Origin: Glaucostegus cemiculus
Taxonomy: Eukaryota
NCBI GenBank assembly: GCA_976551045.1
Contig: CDPCPM010000281.1
Coordinates: 9,548,001-9,612,000, forward strand
DNA: 64,000 nucleotides
Reading direction: 5' to 3'
Shown here in pieces: positions 1 through 12,470 of this stretch (its first letter is position 1; each line of letters starts with the position of its first letter). The translations under genes and the position numbers were made by a program. The notes under the pieces were generated by a model. That model was not told the origin of the DNA, did no database searches, and saw nothing but the letters and a program-made list of their open reading frames with translations.

Positions 1-77
1 AACTCCTTGCTGAGGCAAGCTCACCCGATGAAGGGCAAGAGTGATGAGCTACCTGTCTCACCGGAGGCAGACCTTGG
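1..77 (+). CDS. Candidate 3' part of a coding exon of an unidentified host gene (frame 1: NSLLRQAHPMKGKSDELPVSPEADL-G), phase-2 donor
   Basis: Frame 1 is open from base 1 to 77 while frames 2 and 3 hit TGA; more GC-rich than the flank; followed by a consensus donor GG|GTAAGT at 78-83. Peptide not recognised. Confidence 0.5.
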
Positions 78-304
78 GTAAGTAAAGTGATAGGGGAATT
101 GCAGCGAACTACTGGTAGAAGATGATCATTGCTCTTCTTATGCCATATTTATAGCCCTCATATTCCAAGAGTACTCTCCCTCCTGTTTGTACAAGAAGTG
201 CTTTGTAAAAAAAAACCAAGACAAACATCTAAAACTTCCCAACAAGCCTCTAACGACTCTGAAGCTGCCCAGGCCCACTGCCTGGCTCACCAGTCACTGA
301 CATT

Positions 305-700
305 AGAGGGGGGATCTCATTGAAACCTACAGAATATTGAAAAGCCTAGATAGAGTGGACGTGGAGAGGATGTCTCCAGAAGTGGGAGAGTCTAGGACCG
401 GAAGGTAAAGCTTCAGAGTAGAAGGATGTCCCTTCAGAACAGAGATGAGGAGGAATTTCTTTAGCCAGACAGTGGTGAATCTGTGGAATTCATTGCCACA
501 GACAGCTGTGGAGGCCAAGTAACTGGGTATATTTAAAGTGGAGGTTGATAGGTTCTTGATTAATAAGTGCATCAAAGGTTATGGGGAGGAGAATGGAGTT
601 GAGAGGGGAAAATAAATCAGCCATGATTGAATGGCGGAGCAGACTCGAAGGGCCGAATAGCTTAATTCTGCTCTTATGTCTTAAGATCTTAAGGTCTTAA
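305..700 (+). mobile_element. CR1-clade (HER1-type) LINE, 5'-truncated 3' end
   Basis: Translates to DLIETYRILKSLDRVD...RRNFFSQTVVNLWNSLPQ..LGIFKVEVDRFL (CR1 RT C-terminus, with stops); 3' UTR GGGCCGAATAGCTTAATTCTGCTC and a TCTTAAG-like repeat tail. Confidence 0.93.
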
Positions 701-1129
701 ATCTCAAACTTTTGGGCTATTATCTAAATAAAAGACCTCATTAAAGTTACAGTGGCAGTGACATCAACACAAATTGGCAATTTCATTTTGGTGTGCCCTG
801 TTACTGTTTTGTGTCTAAAAGGATAAACACAAATCAATTTTGATCTCGGTGACTGTAACGTAATTCTGTTACTGATGCTCAGATGTAGCTCCCTTACAAT
901 GCAGATATTGAACTGATGTAACTCTGGTATATCAGCTCCTTGTTTGCAAGACTTCACACCTCAACTTTACTCTTGTATAGATCCATGGCAGTTTTATTGA
1001 TGCTTGTAATGAATAATCCTATTTATGAGTGCAGAAGATTTTTCAAGAAATGCAGATAAAGATCTAAAAAACTCAATACTTGGTTAAAGTGGCATTGAAC
1101 GTTTACAAAGTCATGCATTTATTTACAAT

Positions 1130-1358
1130 AATATACCGGAGTCTTTTAACAAATCTTTTTCTTTTCTATCTTTTACATTACACTTATGAACTGAGAGATT
1201 GTTGGAACTATTTATTTTATATATATCATACTTTATTGCTTTTTTTTTATGATTACCTACGATTGTTACTTGATATTTCTATAATACATGTGTAAACATT
1301 GTTGTTATATATCTTAACCTGTATTGATTTGTTATCAATAAAAAAGATTGAAAAAGAA
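1130..1358 (+). mobile_element. Probable L1-like LINE 3' UTR remnant
   Basis: Very AT/T-rich block ending TCAATAAAAAAGATTGAAAAAGAA, resembling batoid L1 3' ends (recalled, not searched). Confidence 0.45.
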
Positions 1359-3427
1359 TATACCTGAGGCTCCAGAAGGTACTGTACATTTGGTTACTAT
1401 GGAATTTAGTTGTCTTTGGAGATGCATGTAATTGATCAATTACAGTAGTGATTGATGTATACATTCTACTTCCCATTACGTTCATCACTGAGGCCTGAAA
1501 GATGTCATTGTGCTGCCATGCTTGCAGTGTATGCTTGCAGTTTAGTTGAACACTTCCATGTTCTGAGACCAGGGCTAAGCTTTGTATGGCTTTCTTTTCT
1601 GCATTTTTTTGGGGGTATCATTGTAAAGAAGAGATGATCGTGAGCAAAGATGTTACTTGAATTAAAATGGCATCAGGGCAGTGTCATGGCAAGTGTGCAG
1701 AAGGCACTTTTTGTGGTATGAATCATCTATGCTGTCAGTAACTTTGAGATTGCATTCTGAGCAGGAAGCTGCAAGAACAGAGGTAGGCTTTCCAAACTGT
1801 TACCCTGAATCCTTGATTCATACCTGTAGTAGGTGTGGCTCCTTACTGAAGTTACAGGATCACCAAATCACTCTTCTAGCCCCAAAAAAATCAGTCATCT
1901 TTCTACCTAAAAGTGAAAGTAGTTCATGCATGTTTCCGATCTGCTTAACATCTAGAGTAGGAGAAAAGGAGTTCTCCGGAAATAATCATTTCCTGTCACT
2001 TAAAAAATTGTTTCTAATTCATTCAAATTGCCAGCATTACCGAGGCCAATGTCTCTTCACTTGGGATGGAGAGAAGTGCGAGTGTCCCTGCTGCATTTTT
2101 GGACATCTTTCGCAATCAGGGTAAAGGCACTGATATCGGAACATAGGGGAATGACCCCCGGATGCTGATGCCCACAGGAGAACTGTTCTTTTTGCATTGC
2201 CTTTTAATTATGTAAACATCAGCAAGAAATTTACTTTAGACTTAGCCATCTTGACACTACAACATGCTGAATGGGTGTATTGGTGCCATTAGTTGAGGAG
2301 GAATATAGTTTGAAAAGCAGACCTCTGTTTATTGTCACATCTGAAATGTAGCTTCCCTACAATGCAGAAATTCTGCATTCTTTCACACTTTGTGCTCAGG
2401 AAGGCCCACTTCCTGGGCTTATCTAGACGTCCGTAAATTGTCTCTAGGGTGTGATCAGTGGCAGCACAACTGGACAGTTGTTTATCAGATTGAGTGGAAC
2501 CCTGGGGCCAAAGCAGAATAATACCTTCACCCATATGGGTTTACCCACTCCCTCGTTAGGTGCTGCCACTGCTATCAACTGGATAGGATTGAATGACCTC
2601 AATGTCCAGCTCACTTTAACCATACCGTTCTCACTTGTTATCAGTTGTTGCTTTCAAAATTATATCAATACACTCTTTTATCCAACATAAGAAATGTTTG
2701 GGTGGCTCCTGGGAAGATCAAGGATAACACATGCAGCTGTTGATGATATTTGTACCTTCCCAGGGTACCAACTTAGCATCACTATTAAAGGGTCCAATCT
2801 ACTAAACAGAGTCAGCGTAGACCACACAGTTGGGAGTTTAAAGGCTTTCCTGGATCTCTCCTGAGAAGATGTGCTGGAAAATAGTCTAATTCTTTTCTCA
2901 AGGGTTATGTCTGTGTGTTCTGTTTTGCAATGAAATCTCATCCTGGAGGTCCCAGAGGAGGAAAGCACTCAAGGCAGAAGTTGGGGGATTTGTCAGACAC
3001 ATGGCAACAGCAGTCAGAAGGGTCCCTCAGGTGTCCCATTGCTGACTGGAAGAGGCATTCACACTAATTTGATATGGCAGACCTTCTCTCAAATGCTACA
3101 CTGGACAACACACAGATAGTCCTAGTACTAACCTTATTTGTACCCAACACAGGAGTCCCACCATCTCAAATCCATTCTTTCCACTGTTTAGTTGCACATG
3201 TTTCAATGGGCTACCTTGCCAGTTGTATTCCCAGCCTTGGCAAGTACGGTATTTTCATGGAACAATTTAAAGAGTCATGTGCTGCCTCATGGGTATTGTT
3301 GGTGAATCATTAAAGCAATTAACCCAGGGGAGTGGTTGATTGCAAACCATTCCACTTTCCAGACCTGAAACAAGCCTCACAATGTTTTTGAATTGCTGTA
3401 TAATTGACACTGAGTACTTAGATCAAT

Positions 3428-3762
3428 CATGGGACACTGACGTCACTGGCAAAGCTGGAATTCCCGCTCATTCCAAACTGTCTTCTAACTGAGGGCACTT
3501 AAGGGTGTACCAGATTATTATTGGCCTGTGGTCACATACAGGCTCCAAACAGGGACAGTAGATTTCCTTCTCCAAAAGAAATTAGTGAACTGATGGGTTT
3601 TTACACATCTATTAGTTTCATGGTCACCGTCACAAGTACCAGCTTTGTGTTCCAAAGTGATTCAACTGGTTATAAATTTGCCAAGTGTCCCATTGGGATT
3701 TGAACAGGTGCCAGTCCAGATCTCTGGATTATAAATCCAGTAACAAAAGCACTTTGCTACCA
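3428..3762 (-). mobile_element. Old chondrichthyan tRNA-derived SINE with LINE-derived tail
   Basis: Minus strand has TTCAAATCCCA (B-box like), GGTGACCATGAAAC and AAACCCATCAGTTCACTAAT core; colinear with copies at 9016 and 63662. Confidence 0.75.
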
Positions 3763-4120
3763 TAACTACTGTTGCTATGCTGTTCTGCTGCTGTACAATA
3801 GTGTACACCTTTCAGCAATACTTCCTTCCTTTAGCGAACTTCAGTAAAAAAATACGGTAAGCAGGAATGCATCTTCCTCATTGTATCTGCAAACCTAGCA
3901 GCCACTTTCTGCTGAAGATCTTGATGCAGTTCAGTGTTATTTGGTGTGTAGACTGTAAATCTTTTGGCAGTATTTCTTCCCCAGTGATGGTAGAATCCCA
4001 GTGGTAAGGCGTTGCTACACCAGGAGCTTGTTTGACCCTTGGCTGATAAAAGTCTCGTGTGCTCCTATTTTCCATATCCCAGAGGGAGCTATATAAATTC
4101 AGGCAGAAGGTGTCCAGGTG

Positions 4121-4409
4121 AGATGAGATATCTTTATTAGTCACATGTACATCGAAACACACAGTGAAATGCATCTTTTGTGCAGAGTGTACTGGGGGCA
4201 GCCCGCAAGTGTCGACACACTTCTGGTGCCAACATAGCATGCGCACAACTTCCTAACCTGTACATCTTTGGGATCTGGGAGGAAACCGGAGCACCCTGAG
4301 GAAACCCACGTAAACAAGGGAAAAACGTACAAACTCCTTACAGACAGCGCTGGGAATTGAACCCAGGTCACTGGCGCTGTAATAGCATTATGATAACTGC
4401 TACACTACC
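4121..4409 (-). mobile_element. V-SINE (tRNA head + V-domain) with Rex1-like tail
   Basis: Minus strand: GGTTCAATTCC B box, V-domain CGTGGGTTTCCTCAGGGTGCTCCGGTTTCCTCCCA, tail CATTTCACTGTGTGTTTCGATGTACATGTGACTAATAAAG; second copy at 61326. Confidence 0.9.
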
Positions 4410-4881
4410 ATTGAAAGTTATTGAAAATCATGTTACCGTTGATGACAAATTCCAGAAACCAAAAGTAACCTGAAGAATCAGTGCTGGCAGATTACGATGA
4501 AAGCATGTGGTTATAGAGTCTTTTAAGCAAACAACATCCCTGCATCATTTGCTTATCCAGAGACCGATGTGACATTTTCACCTGAGGATTGCCCAAGCCA
4601 TCCTTCAGTGATGGTGGAATAGTTGCTTGAATTGGTGGCCAGGGGAAAGCCATTGCATTTTCCCAATGATCCACCCCACCATTTGAGCTGCTGGGATTGA
4701 GCACCATGGCAAAGGGGGCCAGAGTAAAACATGAACATTCCAACCTGCCTGGTGTCATGAATACCATTGTAACTTAAAATTGTGGAGACCTGGAAAATCT
4801 GCCAGCCATGTTTGGCAGGCAGGCAGCAACAGAGAGGACGAAAGAAGTCAGGCAAAATATGATTATGTCCATTAATAATAG

Positions 4882-5012
4882 AGAATGTTGGAAATACTCA
4901 GAAGGTCAGGCAGCATCTGTGGTAAAAGAAACAGTTAATGTTCAGTTCCAAGACCCTCCGTCAGAACTGGGAAAGAATTTTGTTTCAGATTTCCAACATC
5001 TGCAGGGTTTTT
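4882..5012 (-). mobile_element. Penelope-like pLTR remnant with short inverted piece
   Basis: Reverse complement reads CCAGTTCTGACGGAGGGTC...ACATTAACTG...CACAGATGCTGCCTGACCTTCTGAGTATTTCCA; followed by the plus-strand piece TTTCAGATTTCCAACATCTGCAG. Confidence 0.8.
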
Positions 5013-6039
5013 TTTGACATTTTTTGTCACTTTCATTACTGGGAGGATCATTGCAAGTGAGGAGCAGCAGCTATTTGGGACTGAATTTCCTACAGTATTC
5101 CTGGCATTCTCCCAGTTAATACACAGACTAGATCTCATAAGAAGAACCTGTACATCTTACCAATCCTAAGAATCAGCAGGATTCCTTGGAATACTACAGG
5201 CATTCCTCCTACCCTATCCCTCTTGCCTCCCCTTTCTCCAGGACTAACCTCACATAGGAACAGTCCCTCAGGTCCACTGCTGTCAGACTGGCATCTGATT
5301 TCCCACTCTTGTTCACAGGCTTTGACCTCATTGCCATTGGCATAAAAGTTAAAATTGGAGACCCAGACACATCTCAGGTTAAAATCCAGATTATTTTAGA
5401 TGTAGGGATTTGGTCTTTGACCTGATAAAATTAAAAGGACTCTGGAGGTGTGCATATACGTCACTTTTTATTGTTCAGAGACGATCATTACAGTGAGATT
5501 TATCCCATATTTCTGTTAGATGGTTTCACCTAAATATATATGTTCCAAAGTTCATCTTTCACTGGGACTTCCAGATACAGGATGTCTGTATAACTGGAGT
5601 TCAGGTACAGGTTAAGGGGTTAAATGCTCTTGCTCCTCTGTTCCTTTATAATTGGAGCGTTCAAGTGCAGGAAATTACATTGGCAGCTGCCTTTAAATCA
5701 AAATGCCTGGTCTTGAAAAGGCCTATTCTCTTTTCTCTCATCTCTCCCACTCTCCCATAGATTTGGAGCCTCTGCATCACATGGAGGGTTAATTTCTTTG
5801 GGGATTCTGCAGGTTCACTGCGTAATTTACAGGGAAGATCTAGCGGAAAATGGCACTGATGCTGATTTTCCTGGGGTATCTGCAGGTAATTAGTTTATGC
5901 CTGCATGGATCTACCCTGTCCTCCCCCCCCCCCCATATCTTTGTGCCACCCTGCCTCGGCTATAAATAACATGTATATAAGAGGATGGTTTCCTATCAAT
6001 GCTCAATTAGAGAGCACAGCTTGTCCTAACATGGTTATG

Positions 6040-6500
6040 GCACATCAACGAGATTTATAAAGGCCGTTTGCATATTAAACTGATCTAGGGTACAAGAAAT
6101 GCCAGAACTGTACAAACACATGCCATCAACACCATACTTCGTCTCTTTGTTCAGCCTAAGGCAATCATATAGCAAGTCTCTTAAGAAATAAAGGTAATTT
6201 AGAGCAAATGTGTATGATCAGATTCATTTTATGCCTTATGTTTAATACACAGCTTCTCTCCCCAGAGAATAGTAAACGCAATAAAATAAGAACAGTGCGC
6301 ATGGATGTTAAAGGATTATGTGTCTTTTTTCACTGCTGAGGGGAGAAGATTGTGTTTACAGGCTTGAATGCACACTTGCTAGGCCAAGGCAGCAGTTGAT
6401 TGTGCTAGAACGCTCTGTCAGGCAATGATTTGTCAAGTAGTTTATCACTAATGTCACTTTTCAGCGTGTTGTCAGAGGTAACATATCGCCCCTTTCCCTG
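6040..6500. promoter_or_regulatory. Candidate conserved non-coding element / enhancer
   Basis: Repeat-free; GATTTATAA, octamer-like TTTGCATAT, TTTTATG and TGTCAG motifs. Conservation untested. Confidence 0.25.
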
Positions 6501-8714
6501 CTTTATACCCATTTCATGTAGAAAATTTGTATTTACTTTGGGAGTGTAATTTGTTCCTCCTGGATAATATGACCCTTAGCGGAGCCGGATCATGGGTTAG
6601 TTGAAGTGATATTTTCCTGGTAATGGTAGTCGTACATCATCCTTGTCAGCCTGGGTTAGAAGGGAAGAACATTACAGCTCCATTTTAGTGCTTGCAGACA
6701 TCTGGGATTATTTGCCATAACAAAGTATGACATGACCAGTCTACAGAGTGCATTAAATTTTTACCAGCTCCTCCAGTGAGCTGCACTACACAAGCCCACA
6801 CCCCTGGCAAGCTTTAATGATGAAAGCCTCAGTGCTCCTGCCATCCTTCAGCAAGGTGATTGGATGATGTCATTTGTCAAGGCAGCCACTGCTTTCCCTG
6901 TGCCGTAGACTGCTCACTTCCTGCAGTCTCCCAGTGTTACACTCTGCAGCAAAGGGCAGCTTTGGAGTGACATACTGGCATTAGCAAGGCCCAGAGACGT
7001 GCTCGAGTTTGTGCAGAAATTACTTTTTCTGCTGAACATGGTTTAACCCACCCTTACGACAAACCTTTCTCCTGCTCTCAGTCAGCAGAGTCAAAGGGAA
7101 TGTGAAGCCTCTCCTAGCTGAAGCTTCGATGTATGAGCTGAAATCTGACTACTGTTGACACTGTACAGCTTGTTTTTTGACAATGTTTACAACCACAATC
7201 TGGACTATGTGATGTGCACTGAGGCCTACCTCTGAAGGCTTCACTTCATACGCACTTTCTCCCTGCCTCCAACCTTCTCTCCTCTTCCATTTTAATTGAC
7301 ATCTTTCCCACACATCTTATCACAGCTTAGTGCAGTTACACCAACATCGCCATTGATTTGACCCCAATTTACATTTGCAGATCCACTTCCAATAGAAATG
7401 ATGGGGTGTTGCACATTATGCTTTAAATCCCTCTCAAATGGAGTAGATCCCCGCACATGTAACACCTGGAGACGGGCAGTGCTTCTGGTCACAGATGTGA
7501 GAGAAAGGTCCTTTTTGCCCAACAATGCAAAAAGCAAATTACTGTCCTGCTCTGTCCTGCAGCAAGAACAAAATGGTAGTCACAAATGCATGCACCACCA
7601 CTGGCAGCCATTTTACTTTTGGAACTCAAACACTTTGATTTCCAAGGTAGAAAATAGACTCTGTTCAGTAGCATTTCCAATGCAAGTAGTGCATCTGTTG
7701 TAGTCTCTTGAAATATTGCAGCAACAACAGCTGAAAAATGTTTTATAATTATGGTTTAAACTTTGAAATGTAGTCACAGGTTTTCTTAAATGTATGCAGG
7801 ATTTAAAATGTGTATGTTTAACATCACCATAAAAGGTCTGATGACTCTGGACTGTTTTATAATCTGGAAATGAGCTAATTCTGTACCAGTTTCTGCACCA
7901 GTCCCAGAACTCCTGTTTCATTTGCCTCGTTCTCAATACAAGAGGCTAACTGTAAAGCCTCTTTACAGTGACACGAGCCTAGTCATCTTGTCACTTCATA
8001 CAGCCCTGTGTCAGAGAATCTCCCTGTTGTTGAAGGCTGTGACCCATTTCCTTCCTCCCTAGAATTACCTCCACCTCACTGCCTGTTATTGGTATATGGG
8101 GTGGCTCTTCATCTGGTCTTTGTGACACAAGTGAAACAACAAGACCCATTGTTAGCCCACATAACTCAAGTCTTAACTGTTTGATGTTCTGCATGCCACT
8201 GAAATACTTCTTGGGCTGAGACCTGGTTTTGTTATGATTGCTGTGGCACAAAGTGGAATTTTGACAGAATCCCCGAAATATGTTGAAGTAAGAGAGCCCT
8301 GTTATATTTTAAAATTACTCTACACTCTGTCCAGAGATGTTCTGAAATTACCTCACACCCTCTACCCTTCTGACTAGTTCTTTCCCACACCTCTAAAATG
8401 ATGGGAGCCCCCTAAACCTGTCCAATCTTATCTCTCCATCATTCATGCTTGTAAAGTCTGAGGTTTGCATCATATAATTGCTGCTTCCTGAACCTACCTC
8501 ATCATTCTTTGCTCAGTTCAGCACTAGTGCCAATATATTATGGGCCTTGGCCTTTTGCCTTGCTTTCTCAAGTGGAATAAAATGAAGGTTCCACTGGGAG
8601 TCCTGCCAAAACTCAGAGAGTAAATAATGGTCATTTCCTTATAATATTGCCCTGTTTGTTTCTTTATCTCATGAAGCTACCTCCTGCAGGAAGAAAACGG
8701 CTTTCACTTAGTGG

Positions 8715-8890
8715 ACCAGTTGGTGTAGCTGGTGGGTGGTTCTCAGTTATTGCCTTTCACCTCTGGAAGCCAAGGCAAAGTGATGAAGGTCTCATTTTAG
8801 TGATGACCATTAAGAGTCACAAGTATACCATGTTAACTGAAGGCTCTTTCTGCCTGGTCTCTAGTGGACAAAGTCTGGTCAGCAGCCAAA
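8715..8890 (+). mobile_element. LF-SINE-like relic
   Basis: GCCTTTCACCTCT and CTAGTGGACA in the order of the remembered LF-SINE consensus; very diverged. Confidence 0.4.
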
Positions 8891-9015
8891 CATTCATGAA
8901 CAGAGAGCTGAATAATAAAGTTCAACCATACAGAGAGTTGTCTGCTGGGTAATGGTGGATAAATTCATCTTACCTTCTGACATTTGATTCTGATGTTTCA
9001 GTGGAATTTCAATGG

Positions 9016-9350
9016 GTGCTGAGTAGAGCAATGTTTAAATTACTGGAATAAAATCCAGAGGACTGGACCAATTATCTGAAGACATGAGATTGAAAGACAG
9101 CATAACAATTGGGAAATATAAATTCAAGGTATTAATTGAATCCTTTTTGAAACATAAGCTTCTTTGACTAAAGGTAAATCACTAAAGCTCATCTGGTTCA
9201 GTGACATGCATCAGGGAGGGTAAATTTACCAGCGTTACCAATTGTGGACAACATGACCCTGGCCCATCAAATGTTGTTGACCCTTAACTGTACCCTCAGT
9301 ATCAGAACCAATTCAGGGTGGACAATAAATGCTGACATTGCCATCAATAT
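9016..9350 (+). mobile_element. Old tRNA-derived SINE (same family as 3428)
   Basis: ACTGGAATAAAATCCAGAG head, CTCATCTGGTTCA core, tail AATTCAGGGTGGACAATAAATGCTG. Confidence 0.7.
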
Positions 9351-9368
9351 CTACCGAACAGACAGTAC

Positions 9369-9610
9369 CCAGATAGGGAACACACAGCGTGGGCCCAGAT
9401 AGGAAACATGCGATGTGGGTCCAGATATTGGAAAACACAGTGTGGGCCTAGATACGGAATACGTGGCGTGGGTCCAGACACAGAACACGTGGTGTGGACA
9501 TGGACATGGAACATGTGGTGTGGGTCCAGACACAGAACACGTGGTATTGATGCAGACACAGAGTACTAGGTACGGACCAAGACATGTATAGGGTGTGGAT
9601 TCAGACATGG
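9369..9610. repeat. Degenerate 26-bp minisatellite, about 9-10 copies
   Basis: Units such as CCAGATAGGGAACACACAGCGTGGGC, CCAGATAGGAAACATGCGATGTGGGT and CCAGACACAGAACACGTGGTGTGGAC. Confidence 0.9.
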
Positions 9611-9831
9611 AAGTCTTAGCAGCTGAATTTCTAATGTGCCGGCCTCTTCTCACTGCTCCAGCTGGCAGTGATCATTCTCAGTGACTTGTGCTTTGGTGCC
9701 TCAGTTTAGCTTCTTCAGACAAATAGTCCACATTAATTGCCAGGTGCATGCTCCTTGATTTAAGGCATTTGGCTATTCTGTTAGTCAACTTTTATCAGCT
9801 GCATCCACAGTATATCAATGAATACTACAAA

Positions 9832-9950
9832 AAAATACTTCAGGTGCTGGAAATCTGAAGTAAAATCAGAAAATGCTTGAAACACTCAGCAGCTCTGGCA
9901 ACATCAGTGGAAAGAGAAACAATGATTTAGGTCATAAATCCTTCACCAGC
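9832..9950 (-). mobile_element. Penelope-like pLTR remnant
   Basis: GCTGGAAATCTGAAGTAAAATCAGAAAATGCTTGAAACACTCAGCAG...GAGAAAC...CCTTCACCAG. Confidence 0.8.
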
Positions 9951-11261
9951 CTCCTTGCTTGTGTTTTGCTTCAATCTAAATTCTGATTTTGTGATCCAGG
10001 TCTTTGTGTTTGGCCTACCACGCCTTGAGTCTGAACCCCTGTAGTTGTTGGTGGTGTAAGTGACCAGAGCCACTTCACCAATGCCCCCAGGGATCAGTAG
10101 TAGAACAGCAACTAGAATACAGTGAAAGTTAGGAAAGAATGGTTTGTTCAGAGAACTACTGATTGGTGAAGGCAGAAATGTGTTACAGAGGAATTCTAGT
10201 CACCTTCTGCTGACTAATGATTGTCTGTTTTGTAATTTTTCCTATGTATTTAGAAGGAGGCTTTTCACCATTTTGACATTTTTCCTGAATTTGTAAAAAG
10301 GTCACATTTGAGCTACATAACACTTAAATGGCCTTAAGGTGAGTCTTTATTTTCATATTTTAACCTACAAACACGGAGGATCTGTAGTTAATTTCTTTGA
10401 TGTGTAAAGAGGAAAAGAATCTCATTATAGCCTGGAGGCACATTGCATGAAACAAAAGCATATGACCTTGTAGGCTGAACTGTCGCAATTTAATCAAGGT
10501 TCTTCGTTGAGCTACAAGAGGCAACTTAATTCTCACAACCTTGACTGATGATGATCGCTAAAGTGGTTGTTAATTGGTGAGAATAGCTCTCGTCAATCCT
10601 GAAAAGGTCTCCTTGGAGGGATCTGCGTTTCATGTAGTGAACGTGACAGATTGTCTGCATTTCCATACTGGAACCAGCCCTCACTGTTCTCCACATAATG
10701 CGCGTTCAGTCTCTGTGGTGGGATTCGAATTTACCCAATAAAAAATTAATTATGGGAATGTCAACAAAATATATTGCCTGTCAAAGAGTAATGGGAGGGC
10801 AGTGGTTACTGCTGGTGAAATTGAGGAAGGCCACATGGGACAGTGCAGAAAGGTGTACAGCCTCTGGCAGCATTCCTCTGGTTCACAGGGAGTTTAACCT
10901 TGGCAAGAACTTGGGAAATTGGTTCCTTTTGAGTAATTGATAGTATTTGAATTGCAGTGCAAAGCAGGAGGAGGCAGCAAGGAATGTGAGCTTAGTGAAA
11001 AGGCAAGTGCTATGGAGCCGTGAATTTTAAATGGAATGCATCCAAATACAACAAAGAACGGTAGTTTGAGGATTGGCTACAAACTATTCAAAGCAAACTG
11101 CAGTCAATTTTGCTACGTTGGAGGCTGGAGGTCGAAGTGCCTCCTAAAGAAAACGGCTTTCTATATTCTGTTGATTTTAATGTTGTTGCCTGGTCTGTCA
11201 GGAATCATTTAACATCAGCAATGCACTGAGCAGTAATAATGTCAGAGGCATTGCAGCCTAG

Positions 11262-11548
11262 TAGCAGACAGCCAGGTCCCACAAACAGTGATGACATAAA
11301 TGACTGAAGCATCTGTTTTAAGAGTTAGTCAAGGGGTAGATGCCGGCCAGAACACGAGGGAGAACCTCCCTGCTGCTCTCTGGGGTCTTTGAGGTCCATC
11401 TGAGAGAGCAGACATAGTTGTGATTTAGCATCTCATCTAAAAGGCAAAATTGCAACATTTATTCAGCCCTACATTGAACTGTTTATGTCCATGTAGGGCT
11501 TAAACCTGTACGCTTTGATTCAAAGAGTGCAGCCACAGGGCCAAGGGT
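11262..11548 (-). mobile_element. SacSINE1-like DeuSINE
   Basis: CCCACAAACAG, GGCCAGAACACGAGGGAGAAC, CATCTGAGAGAGCAGAC and CATCTCATCTAAAAG match the Deu-domain SINE on the minus strand. Confidence 0.75.
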
Positions 11549-12267
11549 AAACTAAATGTACATGGTTTTCTTCATGTATCTTTACTAATATTTTTCTTGT
11601 GCATAACATGGAATATAGCCAAGGCATAGTGTTCCTATGTTTCTGTGGGCTTAAAGCTTTTATAAAGAGAGTCACAGATCCAGCAAATATTTTGCTATTC
11701 TACTATAAAGCCCTAAAGGATATTTGAAAGATATTTCTCTTCTCGGTGTTGCTCACTTTTTTGTTCACTCCCTGAGTTTCCAGTTAAAAGTGTAGGATCC
11801 CAGAATTACTTATTTAAATCTAGGTTTTTGTCCAGGTCATTTTTTTCTTGCACTTAAATAAAATAATTACTCAAGGAGTGGATATGGGTGGAGTGTTTTT
11901 CTTTCCTTCAGTTTGCAAGGCTCCACCATGTGACCAGGTGAGGCATTTGGCTGTGAATGAACTCAACAGTCCTTTCTCTACCACTGGAACTTTGCTTACC
12001 ATTCGTCAACCATCAACCAACAGCCTCCTATGGAAGGAACAACTGAAGATCCCCCACCATTTCAATGATGTGTGTGCAGCCTAGGATTACAGATCTGTGC
12101 TATGAGGAAACAGACTTGACTCCCACTCATGTCTATTCAAGTCATTGTTCAACGTTGTCAACTCATTACCTCAGTTCAGTGCTTTTTTATCCAGCTATGA
12201 ATCTACATTTGCTCAAAACTGTGAAAGGCACAAAATAAAGTTCAGAACTCCTTCTTTAAGCAAAGAC

Positions 12268-12470
12268 TTTTTTTTTACCCAGTGATGGTCTGGAGTTTGT
12301 TGCCTGAATGGGTGGTAGAGGCAGAAATTACAACAGATTTGTAAAGGAGCTAGATGAGTATTTGAAGTTGAGATGTAGGAATTAGGATTATCTAAAAGTG
12401 CTCTCCTTTTGGTTGAGCTGGGCATGATGAACCAAATACCTACATTTCGTGCCAAAGATTTCTGCAGTTT
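12268..12470 (+). mobile_element. Degraded CR1 3' fragment
   Basis: TTTTTACCCAG...TGCCTGAATGGGTGGTAGAGGCAGA...GAGCTAGATGAGTATTTG. Confidence 0.6.

Noticed and set aside
1681-2124. 147-aa ORF and the other short track ORFs
   Set aside because: No recognisable domains, composition typical of translated non-coding DNA, and no supporting splice structure.
5785-5920. Old palindromic MITE
   Set aside because: The arms are only loosely complementary by eye, with no definable TIR or TSD.
9344-9653. ORFs or CRISPR-like array over the 26-bp repeat
   Set aside because: Contiguous degenerate tandem units without spacers; ORFs are incidental.
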